Part shown: piece after piece, positions 8,384 through 17,924 of the stretch | Position numbering within the stretch: position 1 is the first letter of the stretch | Layout: each line of letters begins with the position of its first letter | Assembly: GCA_045888315.1 (NCBI GenBank) | Contig: JBGCVQ010000125.1 | Coordinates: forward strand, 23,480 to 87,479 | From: Anaerolineales bacterium | GTDB lineage: Bacteria; Chloroflexota; Anaerolineae; Anaerolineales; UBA11858 | DNA: 64,000 bases | Direction: 5' to 3' | The notes under the pieces: generated by a model | Databases searched by the model: none | Told to the model about the DNA's origin: nothing | Seen by the model: only the letters and a program-made list of their open reading frames with translations | Translations under genes and position numbers: made by a program

Positions 8384-10588
8384 TCAGAAGTTCTCCCCGA
8401 ATTCCTCATCGGGGGCGATCAGCACTTCGCGCTCGACACCGCTTCCCTGGGAGGGGCTCACGTATCCCAGTGCGGAGAGTTCATCCATCAAGCGCGCAGC
8501 CCTGGGGTAGCCGATGCGCAGTTTGCGCTGGATCAGGGATGTTGAAGCACGCTGGGAATCCCGAACGATCTCAAAGGCTTCCTTGATCAGGGGATCATAC
8601 TCACCAATCTCAGCCTGCTCTTCAAGTACTTTTTCCCAGGGTGGGGGAAGGTTCTCATCCGGCTCCAGGTCAGACTCCTCCTTCCAGGCTTTGATCACGC
8701 GGTCAAGTTCCTGGGGAGTGACAATGCAGCCCTGGGCTCGGATCGGGCCGCTCGCTTCCGGGGGAAGGAAGAGCATATCTCCATTTCCCAGCAGCGATTC
8801 AGCACCATTCATATCCAAAACCACCCGGGAATCGACTGAGGAAGCCACAGCAAATGACATTCTGGCTGGGAAGTTAGCTTTGATCAATCCAGTGACCACG
8901 TCTGTGCTGGGCCGCTGGGTAGCCACCACCAGGTGAATTCCTACCGCCCGGGCCATCTGGGCCAAGCGGACCAGGCTGAATTCGGTCTGGGTCGGAGCCA
9001 TCATCATCAGGTCAGCCAGCTCATCGATCATCACCACGATGCGGGGCATGATCTCGCCGTCCTTCTTCCGCCGGATCTTGTTGTTGTAGGTATCAATGTT
9101 CCGGGAGCGGGTCTCATCCAGAACTTTATAGCGGCGGTCCATTTCTGCCACCACCCACTGCAGCACACCAAGGATACGCTCCAAATCGGTCTCCACCTGG
9201 CCATACAAATGGGGCAGGCCGTTGAAACGGATCAGCTCTACCATTTTAGGATCGATCATCACCAGTCGGAGCTGTTCCGGAGTATTGTTCATCACCAGGC
9301 ATGTGGTCAGGGATGTGATGCAGACCGACTTCCCAGAGCCGGTTGTGCCGGCGATCAGCAGGTGGGGCATGCTGGCCAGATCGGCCACCACCGGCTCTCC
9401 CGAGACATCGCTGCCCAGGGCGATCGCCAGTGGGGATTGGATCTTATAGAATGCGTCCGTTTCCATCACTGACCGCAGAGTGACCTGATAGGACTTCTCG
9501 TTGGGCACCTCGATCCCTACATAAGCTCTCCCAGGCACCGGGGCTTCGATTCGCATTTGGGTAGCTGAGAGCGCCAGGGCTAGATCCTTCTTCAAAGAGG
9601 TGATCCTCGAGACCCGAACCTTCTTGCGCTCTTCATCCTCTTCCGGCTCATTGAGATAGCCAGGCTGCACCGCAAATTGGGTCACCGTCGGTCCTACCTG
9701 AAAGCCAATCACCTTGGCCGGAATGCCAAATTCTGCTAAGGTCTTTTCGATCAATCCTGCAGAGGTATTGATGTGCCGCTGGTTGGGTTTGAACCCCTTT
9801 CCCCGTTCCAGCAGGTCCAGCGGAGGCAGGGCAGTGTCTCGGGGAGGGACCTTGGCCGGCTTATCATCCGGGACATCCACTTTGAACTGCTTCCTAAATT
9901 CTGCCGGGACTACCGGCTTGCGTTTGGCTGGCTCACCCGTGCCGGTCGTGCTCACCTCAGGGCTGTCTTCCAGCTCCTCATCCGCCAGTTCCCCCAGATC
10001 GACCAACGCCTCATCCAGGCGCATCTGATCCAGCTGCTGCTTGACCTTGCCGGTGAAACCCAGGCCGATCACACCGCCGATCAAGGCACCCAGAAAGGCC
10101 AGGATCCCAGCGCCGATCTGGCCTACCAGGGTAGAGATCCCCTCTACCAGGCCCCAGCCTACCAGACCCCCATCCAAACCGCTGCGAGCCCGCTGCAGGG
10201 AATGTCCTCCCAATACGGTGAAAAGTGCGATCAGTGAAAAAACAGCCGCCTCCAGGGCAAAGACCCTCACCCAGTTGACCGGCGAAGGCTCTCCAGCTTG
10301 TTTTTTCAGCATCCAGATTCCCAGGAATATCCCGGAGATGACCGCGAAGATCGCTCCCCAGCCCAATCCCAGGCGGATGAAATTTGTCCAGCGCAGCAGC
10401 GCGGAACCCGCTGCCAGGCTGGGAAAGAGGGTAGCGATCAAGGTCATGAAAGACAGGGCAAGCAGCAGGATCCCACCAATATCCCAACCGTAGTTCTTAA
10501 GGCGCTTGGTTATTCCCTGGAAAGATCGGCTCTGTTGAGCCAGGTTGTCCAGGATGTCTCTGATATTGCGGGGGTCCTCACGATTCAC
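8384..10588 (-). CDS. ftsK: DNA translocase FtsK/SpoIIIE
   Basis: N-terminal TM segments, Walker A GTTGSGKS, Walker B VVMIDELADLMM and a C-terminal gamma winged helix (SLIQRKLRIGYPRAARLMDEL). Confidence 0.95.
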   Translation of the reverse strand: MNREDPRNIRDILDNLAQQSRSFQGITKRLKNYGWDIGGILLLALSFMTLIATLFPSLAAGSALLRWTNFIRLGLGWGAIFAVISGIFLGIWMLKKQAGEPSPVNWVRVFALEAAVFSLIALFTVLGGHSLQRARSGLDGGLVGWGLVEGISTLVGQIGAGILAFLGALIGGVIGLGFTGKVKQQLDQMRLDEALVDLGELADEELEDSPEVSTTGTGEPAKRKPVVPAEFRKQFKVDVPDDKPAKVPPRDTALPPLDLLERGKGFKPNQRHINTSAGLIEKTLAEFGIPAKVIGFQVGPTVTQFAVQPGYLNEPEEDEERKKVRVSRITSLKKDLALALSATQMRIEAPVPGRAYVGIEVPNEKSYQVTLRSVMETDAFYKIQSPLAIALGSDVSGEPVVADLASMPHLLIAGTTGSGKSVCITSLTTCLVMNNTPEQLRLVMIDPKMVELIRFNGLPHLYGQVETDLERILGVLQWVVAEMDRRYKVLDETRSRNIDTYNNKIRRKKDGEIMPRIVVMIDELADLMMMAPTQTEFSLVRLAQMARAVGIHLVVATQRPSTDVVTGLIKANFPARMSFAVASSVDSRVVLDMNGAESLLGNGDMLFLPPEASGPIRAQGCIVTPQELDRVIKAWKEESDLEPDENLPPPWEKVLEEQAEIGEYDPLIKEAFEIVRDSQRASTSLIQRKLRIGYPRAARLMDELSALGYVSPSQGSGVEREVLIAPDEEFGENF

Positions 10589-11553
10589 TGCAAATTCTCC
10601 CGGGGTAACAGGTCTTGCTTCTCTTCAGCCTGCTGGAATGAAGCCAGTCCTATGCCGGCTAAAATAAGTATAGCACCAATTATTTTCACAGCTGGCGGTA
10701 CCTCACCCAGGAAGAAATAGGCCAGGATGATCGAACCCACTGGTTCTCCCAGCAGGTTGACCGATACGTATCCGGTCGGCAGGTATTTCAAGGACCAGTT
10801 GAAGATCGAATGTCCCAGCAGTTGGGGCACGATAGCCAGCAGGACCAGCCATAGATAAACCTTCCCCGGGAAGCGGGGCGGAACGCCGTCCAGGACAAGC
10901 ATGGCCAGCACCAGGAAGATCGCCGCGGCGCTGAAGACCAGGAAGACATAAGGGGTCAGGGAGATCTTCCGGCGCAGGTGGCGGCCGATCATCAAGTAGG
11001 ATGCGGCTGCGACAGCGCCAAATAAAGCCAGCAGATCTCCCAGCAGGGTCCGCCCGCCCGAAGATCCGGAGGCGACCTGGCAGCTGAGGCCGGCCGAGCC
11101 CCAGCTGCAGACATCAACACCAGCAATGATCACACCGCCCAGCAAAGCGGTGCCCATGCCCACAAAGGCGATCCGGGAGGTCTTCTCCCCCAAGAAAAAA
11201 GGCGCCAGCAGCGCTACCCACAAAGGAGTGGTGGTCACCAAGACGACGGAGCTAGCCACCGAGGTGTACTCCAGGGAAGTGATCCAGGATGCAAAATGGA
11301 TGGCCAGGATCAGCCCGGCCAGCAGGGCGAACTTCAGGTCAGAACCAGTCAGGGACTTCAATTCCCGGCCGTGTTTCAGGACAGTATACGGCAGCAGGAT
11401 CAGAGCCGCCAGTCCTAAGCGAAAAGCGGCAATTGTGATCGATGTGGTATAGTCCTGGGCTAACCGGATCAGCAGGGACGCGGTAGATACTGCCAGGATG
11501 CCAATGGGCACGATCACATACGGTACCCCAGGAGAGATAGCGTCCTTTTCCAT
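10585..11553 (-). CDS. EamA/DMT-family transporter
   Basis: A ten-helix hydrophobic protein with two EamA-like halves. It overlaps ftsK by 4 nt. Confidence 0.75.
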   Translation of the reverse strand: MEKDAISPGVPYVIVPIGILAVSTASLLIRLAQDYTTSITIAAFRLGLAALILLPYTVLKHGRELKSLTGSDLKFALLAGLILAIHFASWITSLEYTSVASSVVLVTTTPLWVALLAPFFLGEKTSRIAFVGMGTALLGGVIIAGVDVCSWGSAGLSCQVASGSSGGRTLLGDLLALFGAVAAASYLMIGRHLRRKISLTPYVFLVFSAAAIFLVLAMLVLDGVPPRFPGKVYLWLVLLAIVPQLLGHSIFNWSLKYLPTGYVSVNLLGEPVGSIILAYFFLGEVPPAVKIIGAILILAGIGLASFQQAEEKQDLLPRENLQ

Positions 11554-11604
11554 GAAGAATGTAACCTCTTTTACAGATGTCTCTATATTGAAAGTCGTTT
11601 TTTC

Positions 11605-11633
11605 TTGACAAAGAAAAAACCGAAGGCTACAAT
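11605..11633 (+). promoter_or_regulatory. sigma-70-like promoter for the ferredoxin gene
   Basis: TTGACA (11605-11610), a 17-nt spacer, then TACAAT (11628-11633), all within an AT-rich intergenic region. Confidence 0.55.
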
Positions 11634-11715
11634 TCGAACCTAGAGTGATAATTATACAGCAGTGTGTCTGTTTTTAAGATATACTCAATAAAACAAACTA
11701 AACCGGAGGAGAGTT

Positions 11716-12126
11716 ATGACCCACGTAATCACAAATTTCTGCATGCATGATGGCAGCTGCCTAGAAGTTTGCCCTGTGGAATGCATTGTGCCGGGCAAAC
11801 CGGTAGAGGAATATCCTTCCTACTACATTGACCCGGAGACCTGCATTGACTGCGGAGCCTGTGCTCCTGAGTGCCCTTACGAGGCGATCTACATGGAAGA
11901 CGAAGTCCCCTCAGCGTACGAAGCTTTTGGCGACGAGCGCATGAGCATGCCGGTAGGCACTGAAGGGTATGACGAGGAATTCGAGTCCGAAGATGTCAAT
12001 GGTGTGGTGTGGGTCCTGAAAGCCACCCGTGTTCTTGATGAAGGCGAAGTGGTCGATCTCACCCCCGCTATCCAGAACAATGAGGACTACTTTACAGATG
12101 GTCCTGGTTACGACGCGGTAGATTAA
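11716..12126 (+). CDS. ferredoxin (7Fe-type cluster motifs) with an acidic C-terminal extension
   Basis: CMHDGSCLEVCP plus CIDCGACAPECP cluster motifs. A GGAGGAG SD precedes ATG 11716. Confidence 0.85.
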   Translation: MTHVITNFCMHDGSCLEVCPVECIVPGKPVEEYPSYYIDPETCIDCGACAPECPYEAIYMEDEVPSAYEAFGDERMSMPVGTEGYDEEFESEDVNGVVWVLKATRVLDEGEVVDLTPAIQNNEDYFTDGPGYDAVD

Positions 12127-12147
12127 TGGTGCTCGTAAGATGCTAGA

Positions 12148-12209
12148 GGCGGTCTGTCAGACCGCCCCCATCGTTGAAAAAAAGAAGCCTGGATCAGGCT
12201 TCTTTTTTT
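12148..12209. terminator. bidirectional intrinsic terminator pair between the ferredoxin and feoB genes
   Basis: Hairpin GGCGGTCTgtcAGACCGCC lies at 12148-12166. Hairpin AGAAGCCTGgatCAGGCTTCT lies at 12183-12203 and is flanked by an A-tract (12174-12183) and a T-tract (12204-12209). Confidence 0.8.
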
Positions 12210-12211
12210 GT

Positions 12212-13678
12212 TCATCCTCCGGCGATCAACCGCCAGATCTGGGCCGTAAAGAACGTGACTATGAATCCCATCACCACCGGCAGCAGGGCAGCTATCACAG
12301 TCCACTTCAGGCTGTCGGTCTCCTTGAAAATGGTATAGATGGTCGTGCTGCAGGGGTTGTGGATCAAGCTGAACAGCATCAGGTTGACGCCGGTCAGGAG
12401 CGTCCACCCTCCCCGGGTGAGGATATCCAGGGTGGCCAATCCGGATTGAGCCTCGAACATCACTCCCGACCCAGATCCAACCCCAGATGCCCCAGTGACC
12501 AGCACGGTCAGCATCAGCACCGTGGGGATGACGATCTCGTTGGCAGGGATAGCTACGATGTAAGCCACCAGGATCACTCCGTTCAAACCTAACAGCAATC
12601 CAAACGGGTTCAGAAAATTGATCAAGTACTCAGCGATGCTGGTCCCATGGATGGTCAGGTTGGCTGAGATCCAGATCACCACCCCGGCTGGCATGGCGAA
12701 GACAACCGCGCGCCAGAGCACAATCAAAGTACGGTCGATCACCGATGTGTAGAGGGTCTGCAAAATGCGGGGAGGTCGATAGGGCGGAAGCTCGAGGTTG
12801 AAGGTGGACACCTCACCCTTGAGTATCGTCCGGGACAGCCCCCAGGAGACCAGAAAGGTCAGCAGCACTCCCAGGAGAGCGATGCTCACCACAGCGACAG
12901 CGGAGATCAACCCGCCCAGCTGAGCTGGGACAAGCGTGCCAATGAAGATGGTCGCGATCAAGATCTGGGTCGGCCAGCGGCCGTTGCACAGGGAGAAGTT
13001 GTTGGTGATGATGGCGATCAAACGCTCCCTGGGGCTGTCGATGATCCGGGTTGAGATCACCCCAGCTGCGTTGCAGCCGAAACCCATGGTCATGCTTAAA
13101 GCCTGTTTGCCGTGGGCGCCCGCCTTCCGGAAGATATGATCGAGGTTGAAGGCGACCCTAGGCAGATAGCCGAAATCCTCCAGTAATGTGAACAGCGGGA
13201 AGAAGATCGCCATGGGGGGCAGCATCACACTCACCACCCAGGCAGTCGCTAGATATGCGCCATCGATCAGCACCCCACTTAACCACCAGGGCATCCCTAT
13301 GCTTGCCGCTCCGGATTTCAGCAGAGGTTGTACCGTGTCAATCAATACCGAGAAGATCAGTTTGGATGGATAATTCGCTCCACTGATCGTCAGCCAGAAA
13401 ACCACCGTCAGCATCAGGATCATCAGGGGAAAACCCCACACCCGGCTGGTCACCAAACGGTCGATGGTGCGGTCCAGGTCGAAGCGAGGTTTCTGGTCCG
13501 GATAGATCACTGCCCGGTCAGCGATGCGAGTGGCATCGGTATAGAGCGCTTCCATGATCTTCTCATGGAAGTCCTCGCCGATCTCCCAGCGCAAATCCTG
13601 GGCAGATTTCAATATTTTTTCGTGTTGAGTATCCATGTTCTCACCTTGTTCTACTATGGATTGCGATCCTCTGCTCAC
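12212..13678 (-). CDS. feoB: ferrous iron transporter FeoB, membrane (permease) part only
   Basis: A polytopic protein matching the FeoB gate/nucleoside-recognition region ([19 protein letters not shown]...). The GTG at 13678 overlaps the upstream stop as GTGA. An alternative ATG at 13636 is preceded by AAGGTGAG. Confidence 0.85.
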   Translation of the reverse strand: MSRGSQSIVEQGENMDTQHEKILKSAQDLRWEIGEDFHEKIMEALYTDATRIADRAVIYPDQKPRFDLDRTIDRLVTSRVWGFPLMILMLTVVFWLTISGANYPSKLIFSVLIDTVQPLLKSGAASIGMPWWLSGVLIDGAYLATAWVVSVMLPPMAIFFPLFTLLEDFGYLPRVAFNLDHIFRKAGAHGKQALSMTMGFGCNAAGVISTRIIDSPRERLIAIITNNFSLCNGRWPTQILIATIFIGTLVPAQLGGLISAVAVVSIALLGVLLTFLVSWGLSRTILKGEVSTFNLELPPYRPPRILQTLYTSVIDRTLIVLWRAVVFAMPAGVVIWISANLTIHGTSIAEYLINFLNPFGLLLGLNGVILVAYIVAIPANEIVIPTVLMLTVLVTGASGVGSGSGVMFEAQSGLATLDILTRGGWTLLTGVNLMLFSLIHNPCSTTIYTIFKETDSLKWTVIAALLPVVMGFIVTFFTAQIWRLIAGG

Positions 13679-14553
13679 TGCGCAAAGCCGCTTTTCTGGG
13701 AAACTTTGTTGACCGTGACATCTTCTGGAATGGTCTGAGAATAGGTCAGATCCCCTAATTCCCCATTTTCGACAGCCCGGATGATCCTTTCATCCCCATC
13801 CAGCAGGCGCAGTGCTACCCAGCGGGCATTGGGAACCTCAGGAAAGGCTTCCTGGATCTGCTTCACCAGCTGGTTGACAGCCTTGTCCAGCTCGGGAGCG
13901 CGGTATTTGACATGGTAGGGTTTACCGCTGACTTCTCCATTAGCAACCTCGTGGATGGCTTCCAGGAGGTCTTCCAAGCCCTCATTATAGCGGGCCACTG
14001 TGGGCACGACCGGCACACCGAGATCCCGAGCCAAGCGGCGTTGGTCAACCTTCATATTGTGGCGTTCGGCTTCATCCATCAAGTTCAGGCAGATCACCAC
14101 CCGGGTGGTGATCTCCATCACCTGGAGCACCAGATTCAGGTTCCTTTCCAGACGGGACGCATCGGCGACCACGATGGTGACATCAGGCTGGCCAAATAGG
14201 ATGAAATCCCGGGCGATCTCCTCATCCAAGCTGGTCGCTAACAGGGAGTAGGTCCCGGGGAGATCCACCAGTTTATAGCGCATATCCGCGTACTCAAAAC
14301 CACCTTCTGCCCTGGTGACCGTTTTTCCCGGCCAGTTCCCGGTATGCTGCCTGAGTCCGGTCAGGGCGTTGAATACCGTGCTTTTCCCTGTATTAGGATT
14401 ACCCGCCAGGGCAACCACGAAGTCGTAACTTTCCATATCAACACCCAGCTTCTTCAAGTTCGCTGCATGGTGCACCGGGCAGGAAGCACAATCTGCCTGT
14501 ATTTGAGGACTCGTCAACCCTTCCGTGATAGTGGGTTTTTCTGTTTTTGCCAT
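13675..14553 (-). CDS. feoB: FeoB G-domain plus helical domain as a separate protein
   Basis: GTPase motifs [13 protein letters not shown] and NLMD. It has a roughly 40-aa N-terminal extension containing CASCPVHH. No TM segments. Confidence 0.85.
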   Translation of the reverse strand: MAKTEKPTITEGLTSPQIQADCASCPVHHAANLKKLGVDMESYDFVVALAGNPNTGKSTVFNALTGLRQHTGNWPGKTVTRAEGGFEYADMRYKLVDLPGTYSLLATSLDEEIARDFILFGQPDVTIVVADASRLERNLNLVLQVMEITTRVVICLNLMDEAERHNMKVDQRRLARDLGVPVVPTVARYNEGLEDLLEAIHEVANGEVSGKPYHVKYRAPELDKAVNQLVKQIQEAFPEVPNARWVALRLLDGDERIIRAVENGELGDLTYSQTIPEDVTVNKVSQKSGFAQ

Positions 14554-14602
14554 AATTCTTCCTTCCTTATTGAATGCCCTCCCGGAGGAGCGCAGTTACT
14601 AT

Positions 14603-15631
14603 TTAAGCAGCAGGCAGAGGTTCAACCTGGATCAAGCGGGCCTGCGTGGACCGCAGGGCAATCACCGTCCCCCTGATCCGGTAGGCTGTGGGATCCCCGC
14701 CGGGGCTGAGCATCTCCACGCTGATCTCTGTCCCTGGGATGACCCCCAGGTCAAGCAGCCGCCGGCGCTCGACACCTCGGCTGCGGGGCGAGATCCCGGT
14801 GACGGTCCCGGATTGGCCGGGCTTGAGGGTGTCCAGCGGGACACCACCCAGGTCACCCTGGGGCGCTTCCTTTTGCAAGGGGACTACAGAGATATTAGCA
14901 GCCACAATGGGAGCCAGGATATGTTCCTGATCCTCAGACCAAAAGCGGATCCGATCGGGGCTGACTTCATCGATTTCCAGTACCATCTGGGGATGGAGCT
15001 CTTCGGCCACGATCTGGGCATAGATCACATCTGGTTCATCCTCGATGTGCATGATCCTGGCCCGGGTCTGAGGGGGCAAATCCGAAAGCGGAACCCCGGC
15101 ATGGGGTATCAGTTCTCCCCGCTTGGTGGGTATGGGATCACCGTGCGGGTCATGCGAGGGGTTGCCCAGGCTGGCAGACAGCTCATCCAACTCCTCTTCC
15201 GATAATTTGTGTTCCAAGCGCTCTGCCTGCTGATGCCAATCGCTCTCCCCGAAACCGGTGGAATCCGCCAGATAGCGCTCCCATAAGCGGTGGGCTCGGA
15301 CAATTTGGGTGGCGGTGCGCCTGCCAGCTTCTGTCAGCCGGAAGCAGTTTTCACTCATCTCCAGCAAACCTCTGGCCTGGGTCAGCGCCAGGATCTCAGA
15401 GGCGTGGGCTAGGCTGGTGGACAGCGCGCCAGCCAGGCTTTCCAGCGATGCTGTTTGGTTGTTGCGCTCACACTTATAAATATATTTCAGGGTGTCCTCA
15501 ACCTGTACCTTCTCGGTCAGTCCCCTTCGCTTCTGCAGCTCCCAAAACAGGCCTTTCTCAGGCCAAAACAGGAGCCCTGTCAGTACGATTACAGCAATTC
15601 CGATCAATAAAGCATTCAGAGGGTTTACCAT
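14603..15631 (-). CDS. membrane-anchored DtxR-family regulator with two C-terminal SH3/FeoA-like domains
   Basis: N-terminal TM helix NALLIGIAVIVLTGLLFW, then a DtxR-like wHTH and metal/dimerisation core (VRAHRLWERYL, HDPHGDPIP). The terminal FeoA module is LKPGQSGTVTGI...LLDLGVIPGTEISV...IRGTVIALR. Start ATG 15631 is preceded by AAGGAG; track ORF 14603..15673 starts at 15673. Confidence 0.7.
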   Translation of the reverse strand: MVNPLNALLIGIAVIVLTGLLFWPEKGLFWELQKRRGLTEKVQVEDTLKYIYKCERNNQTASLESLAGALSTSLAHASEILALTQARGLLEMSENCFRLTEAGRRTATQIVRAHRLWERYLADSTGFGESDWHQQAERLEHKLSEEELDELSASLGNPSHDPHGDPIPTKRGELIPHAGVPLSDLPPQTRARIMHIEDEPDVIYAQIVAEELHPQMVLEIDEVSPDRIRFWSEDQEHILAPIVAANISVVPLQKEAPQGDLGGVPLDTLKPGQSGTVTGISPRSRGVERRRLLDLGVIPGTEISVEMLSPGGDPTAYRIRGTVIALRSTQARLIQVEPLPAA

Positions 15632-15669
15632 TCCTACTCCTTGGATTCCAAAATAAACACCTGGCAGGA

Positions 15670-16362
15670 TCACCTGCCCGGATCGGGATCGGCTTCCTCC
15701 ACCAGGACCTGGCTGGTGACACTGGCACCCAGCACAATCTCCCCTGATTTCCCTTCCAGTTTCAAGCGGAGATTTTCGTCAAACGGCGAATAATCCAGGA
15801 TCGTAAACTCCACACCAGGAATGATCCCTTGTGATTCCAGGAAGCGCAGCAAGCCCGGGTCATCGTCGTTGACCTCATGGATCCTGCCGTGCTGGTGAGG
15901 GCGCATATCCAGCAAGAACGAGGTGTCGTTATCAGGCATTTCCAGGGAGCGGCTGGGAATCGGCTCTCCGTGCAAGCCCCGTTGGGGGTTTCCCAACACT
16001 TCTGCAACCCGCTCCTCGAATTCCTCGGAAATCACATGCTCCAGCCGATCTGCCTCGGCATGCACCTGGTCCCAGGAGTAGCCCAGGATCTCATGCAGGA
16101 ACAGTTCCAGCAGGCGGTGGTGGCGGATGATCTCCAAGGCAGCCAGTCTGCCGCGCTCTGTCAAAGCCACACCCTTGTGCTTGGCATAATCCAGCAGGGG
16201 AGGGTCCTCCCCTGCCAGGCGCTGCACCATGTCCGTCACCGAGGCCGGGCTCACACCCAGGGTCTGGGCGATCTGTCCAGTTCCAACCCGCCCCTGATCA
16301 TCGGATAGCTTGTAAATAGTCTTCAAGTAATCTTCCACGGTATCGGATAAGTGGCTGCACAT
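15670..16362 (-). CDS. DtxR/IdeR/MntR-family metal-dependent repressor
   Basis: VEDYLKTIYKL, wHTH IAQTLGVSPASVTDMVQRL, IIRHHRLLELFL, and a C-terminal SH3/FeoA-like domain. Start ATG 16362 is preceded by AGGAG (16368-16372); track ORF 15670..16383 starts at 16383. Confidence 0.85.
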   Translation of the reverse strand: MCSHLSDTVEDYLKTIYKLSDDQGRVGTGQIAQTLGVSPASVTDMVQRLAGEDPPLLDYAKHKGVALTERGRLAALEIIRHHRLLELFLHEILGYSWDQVHAEADRLEHVISEEFEERVAEVLGNPQRGLHGEPIPSRSLEMPDNDTSFLLDMRPHQHGRIHEVNDDDPGLLRFLESQGIIPGVEFTILDYSPFDENLRLKLEGKSGEIVLGASVTSQVLVEEADPDPGR

Positions 16363-16393
16363 CGCTGCTCCTATTTTAGTCATACTAAATAAT

Positions 16394-16421
16394 ATTTTAG
16401 GCTAATCTAATATATTGTCAA
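16394..16421 (-). promoter_or_regulatory. promoter of the dtxR-feo operon with an overlapping DtxR-box-like palindrome
   Basis: On the minus strand: TTGACA (16416-16421), a 16-nt spacer, then TAAAAT (16394-16399). The imperfect palindrome TTAGGCTAATCTAA (16397-16410, TTAG-N6-CTAA) covers the spacer and the -10. Confidence 0.5.
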
Positions 16422-16477
16422 GGGCTAATTTCTCGAATATTTCCCGCTTTAGGGTGCAATATCTTGCAGTGAGATTA

Positions 16478-16555
16478 AATATTTTTGATATATCATTAAG
16501 AATTTTTATATTAAGTTGAATATTTTTGAAGTTATCTATTGACAAGTTGAATTTC
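16478..16555. repeat. short direct repeats in the AT-rich divergent control region
   Basis: AATATTTTTGA occurs at 16478-16488 and 16519-16529. AAGTTGAAT occurs at 16513-16521 and 16544-16552. Confidence 0.6.
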
Positions 16556-16566
16556 CATGATACAAT
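16539..16566 (+). promoter_or_regulatory. sigma-70-like promoter for the MFS gene
   Basis: TTGACA (16539-16544), a 16-nt spacer, then extended -10 TGaTACAAT (16558-16566). Confidence 0.55.
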
Positions 16567-16601
16567 TTTTGGCAATACCTTAAATACCAATAGAGACCTT
16601 T

Positions 16602-17876
16602 ATGCTGAAGAAACTTCGCTCGATCTACCAAGAATATCCCCGCCTGTTCTGGATCATCATGCTGGGAATGTTCATCGACAACCTGGGCGGTGCCTTGATC
16701 TTCCCCTTCTTCGGTCTCTATATCACCTCCAAGTACAACGTAGGGATGACCGAAGTTGGCTTGCTGTTCACCATTCTGGCTGTCAGTGGGCTGTTCGGCA
16801 GTTTGATGGGCGGAGCCCTGACGGATAAATTCGGACGCAAGGTGATGATCCTGGCCGGCCTGGTGATCAGCGCCGCCAGCACTCTCCTGCTGGCATTTGC
16901 CCCCACCCTGGAATTCATCTACCTGGCCGGGCTGATCGTAGGACTTTTCGGCAACATGGCCGGTCCAGCCCACCAGGCAATTGTCGCGGATGTCCTCCCG
17001 GAAGAAAAGCGCATCGATGGTTTTGGTATACTGCGGGTGATCGCCAACCTGGCGGTCGTCATCGGCCCAGCCATTGGCGGGTTCCTGGCAGCCAGGTCTT
17101 ACACGATCCTGTTCATTTGCGATGTCATCCTGAGCTCGATAACCGCCTTGGTGATCCTCATTCTCGTTCCAGAGACCAAGCCCGAGGCAGCACCGGACGA
17201 AACCGGCCAGCCGGCAGTGGAGCAAACCCTGGGGCAGACCCTGGGGGGCTATTTCCAGGTGCTCAAAGACAGACCGTACATGGTGTATATCTTGGCCTCG
17301 ATCTTCATGGTCCTGGCTTATATGCAGATGAACACCACCCTGCCGGTCTTCTTGAGGGATGTGCACGGCCTGCCTGACTCCGGGTACGGCTTGCTGCTCA
17401 GCCTGAATGCCAGTATGGTCGTCCTGCTGCAGTTCGTTATTACCCGCAGGATCAGGCATTTTGCGCCGATGAAGATCATGGTCGTGGGCACCCTCATTTA
17501 TGGCTTGGGCTTTGCGTTGTACGGGTTTGTCTCGGTTTACTGGCTCTTCATCCTGGCTATGGTGATCATCACGCTGGGAGAAATGCTCACAGCGCCAACC
17601 GGACAAGCCGTGGTAGCCAATATCGCCCCCATTGACATGCGCGGACGCTACATGGCCGTTTTCGGCTTCAGCTGGACCATTCCCAATGCGGTTGGACCCT
17701 TGATGGCTGGCGTGGTGATGGACAACTACAACCCCAACTGGGTCTGGTATGGTGCCGGGATCTTCATGCTCGTCTCCGCTGGCATCTTCGCCATGCTCCA
17801 GGTCCGGTCCAGTGCTCGCTTTACCCGCACCGACCTGGCCGAGGCTGTCCCAGCGGTAGAGACTGTGGCTTCCTGA
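16602..17876 (+). CDS. MFS transporter
   Basis: Twelve predicted helices and the MFS loop motif LTDKFGRK. Confidence 0.85.
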   Translation: MLKKLRSIYQEYPRLFWIIMLGMFIDNLGGALIFPFFGLYITSKYNVGMTEVGLLFTILAVSGLFGSLMGGALTDKFGRKVMILAGLVISAASTLLLAFAPTLEFIYLAGLIVGLFGNMAGPAHQAIVADVLPEEKRIDGFGILRVIANLAVVIGPAIGGFLAARSYTILFICDVILSSITALVILILVPETKPEAAPDETGQPAVEQTLGQTLGGYFQVLKDRPYMVYILASIFMVLAYMQMNTTLPVFLRDVHGLPDSGYGLLLSLNASMVVLLQFVITRRIRHFAPMKIMVVGTLIYGLGFALYGFVSVYWLFILAMVIITLGEMLTAPTGQAVVANIAPIDMRGRYMAVFGFSWTIPNAVGPLMAGVVMDNYNPNWVWYGAGIFMLVSAGIFAMLQVRSSARFTRTDLAEAVPAVETVAS

Positions 17877-17880
17877 ACCG

Positions 17881-17909
17881 TTGACCGTCCCAGCTCTTTG
17901 TGGCATAAT
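17881..17909 (+). promoter_or_regulatory. promoter of the ileS T-box leader
   Basis: TTGACC (17881-17886), a 17-nt spacer, then extended -10 TGgCATAAT (17901-17909). Confidence 0.55.
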
Positions 17910-17924
17910 CAGCCCCACATTAAC

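Noticed and set aside
12212-14553. Split feoB as a simple frameshift pseudogene
   Set aside because: The break falls at the natural boundary between the soluble and membrane parts. The frames overlap as GTGA, typical of translational coupling, and the second half also has an SD-led ATG. It cannot be excluded without orthologs, so it is retained as a finding rather than called a pseudogene.
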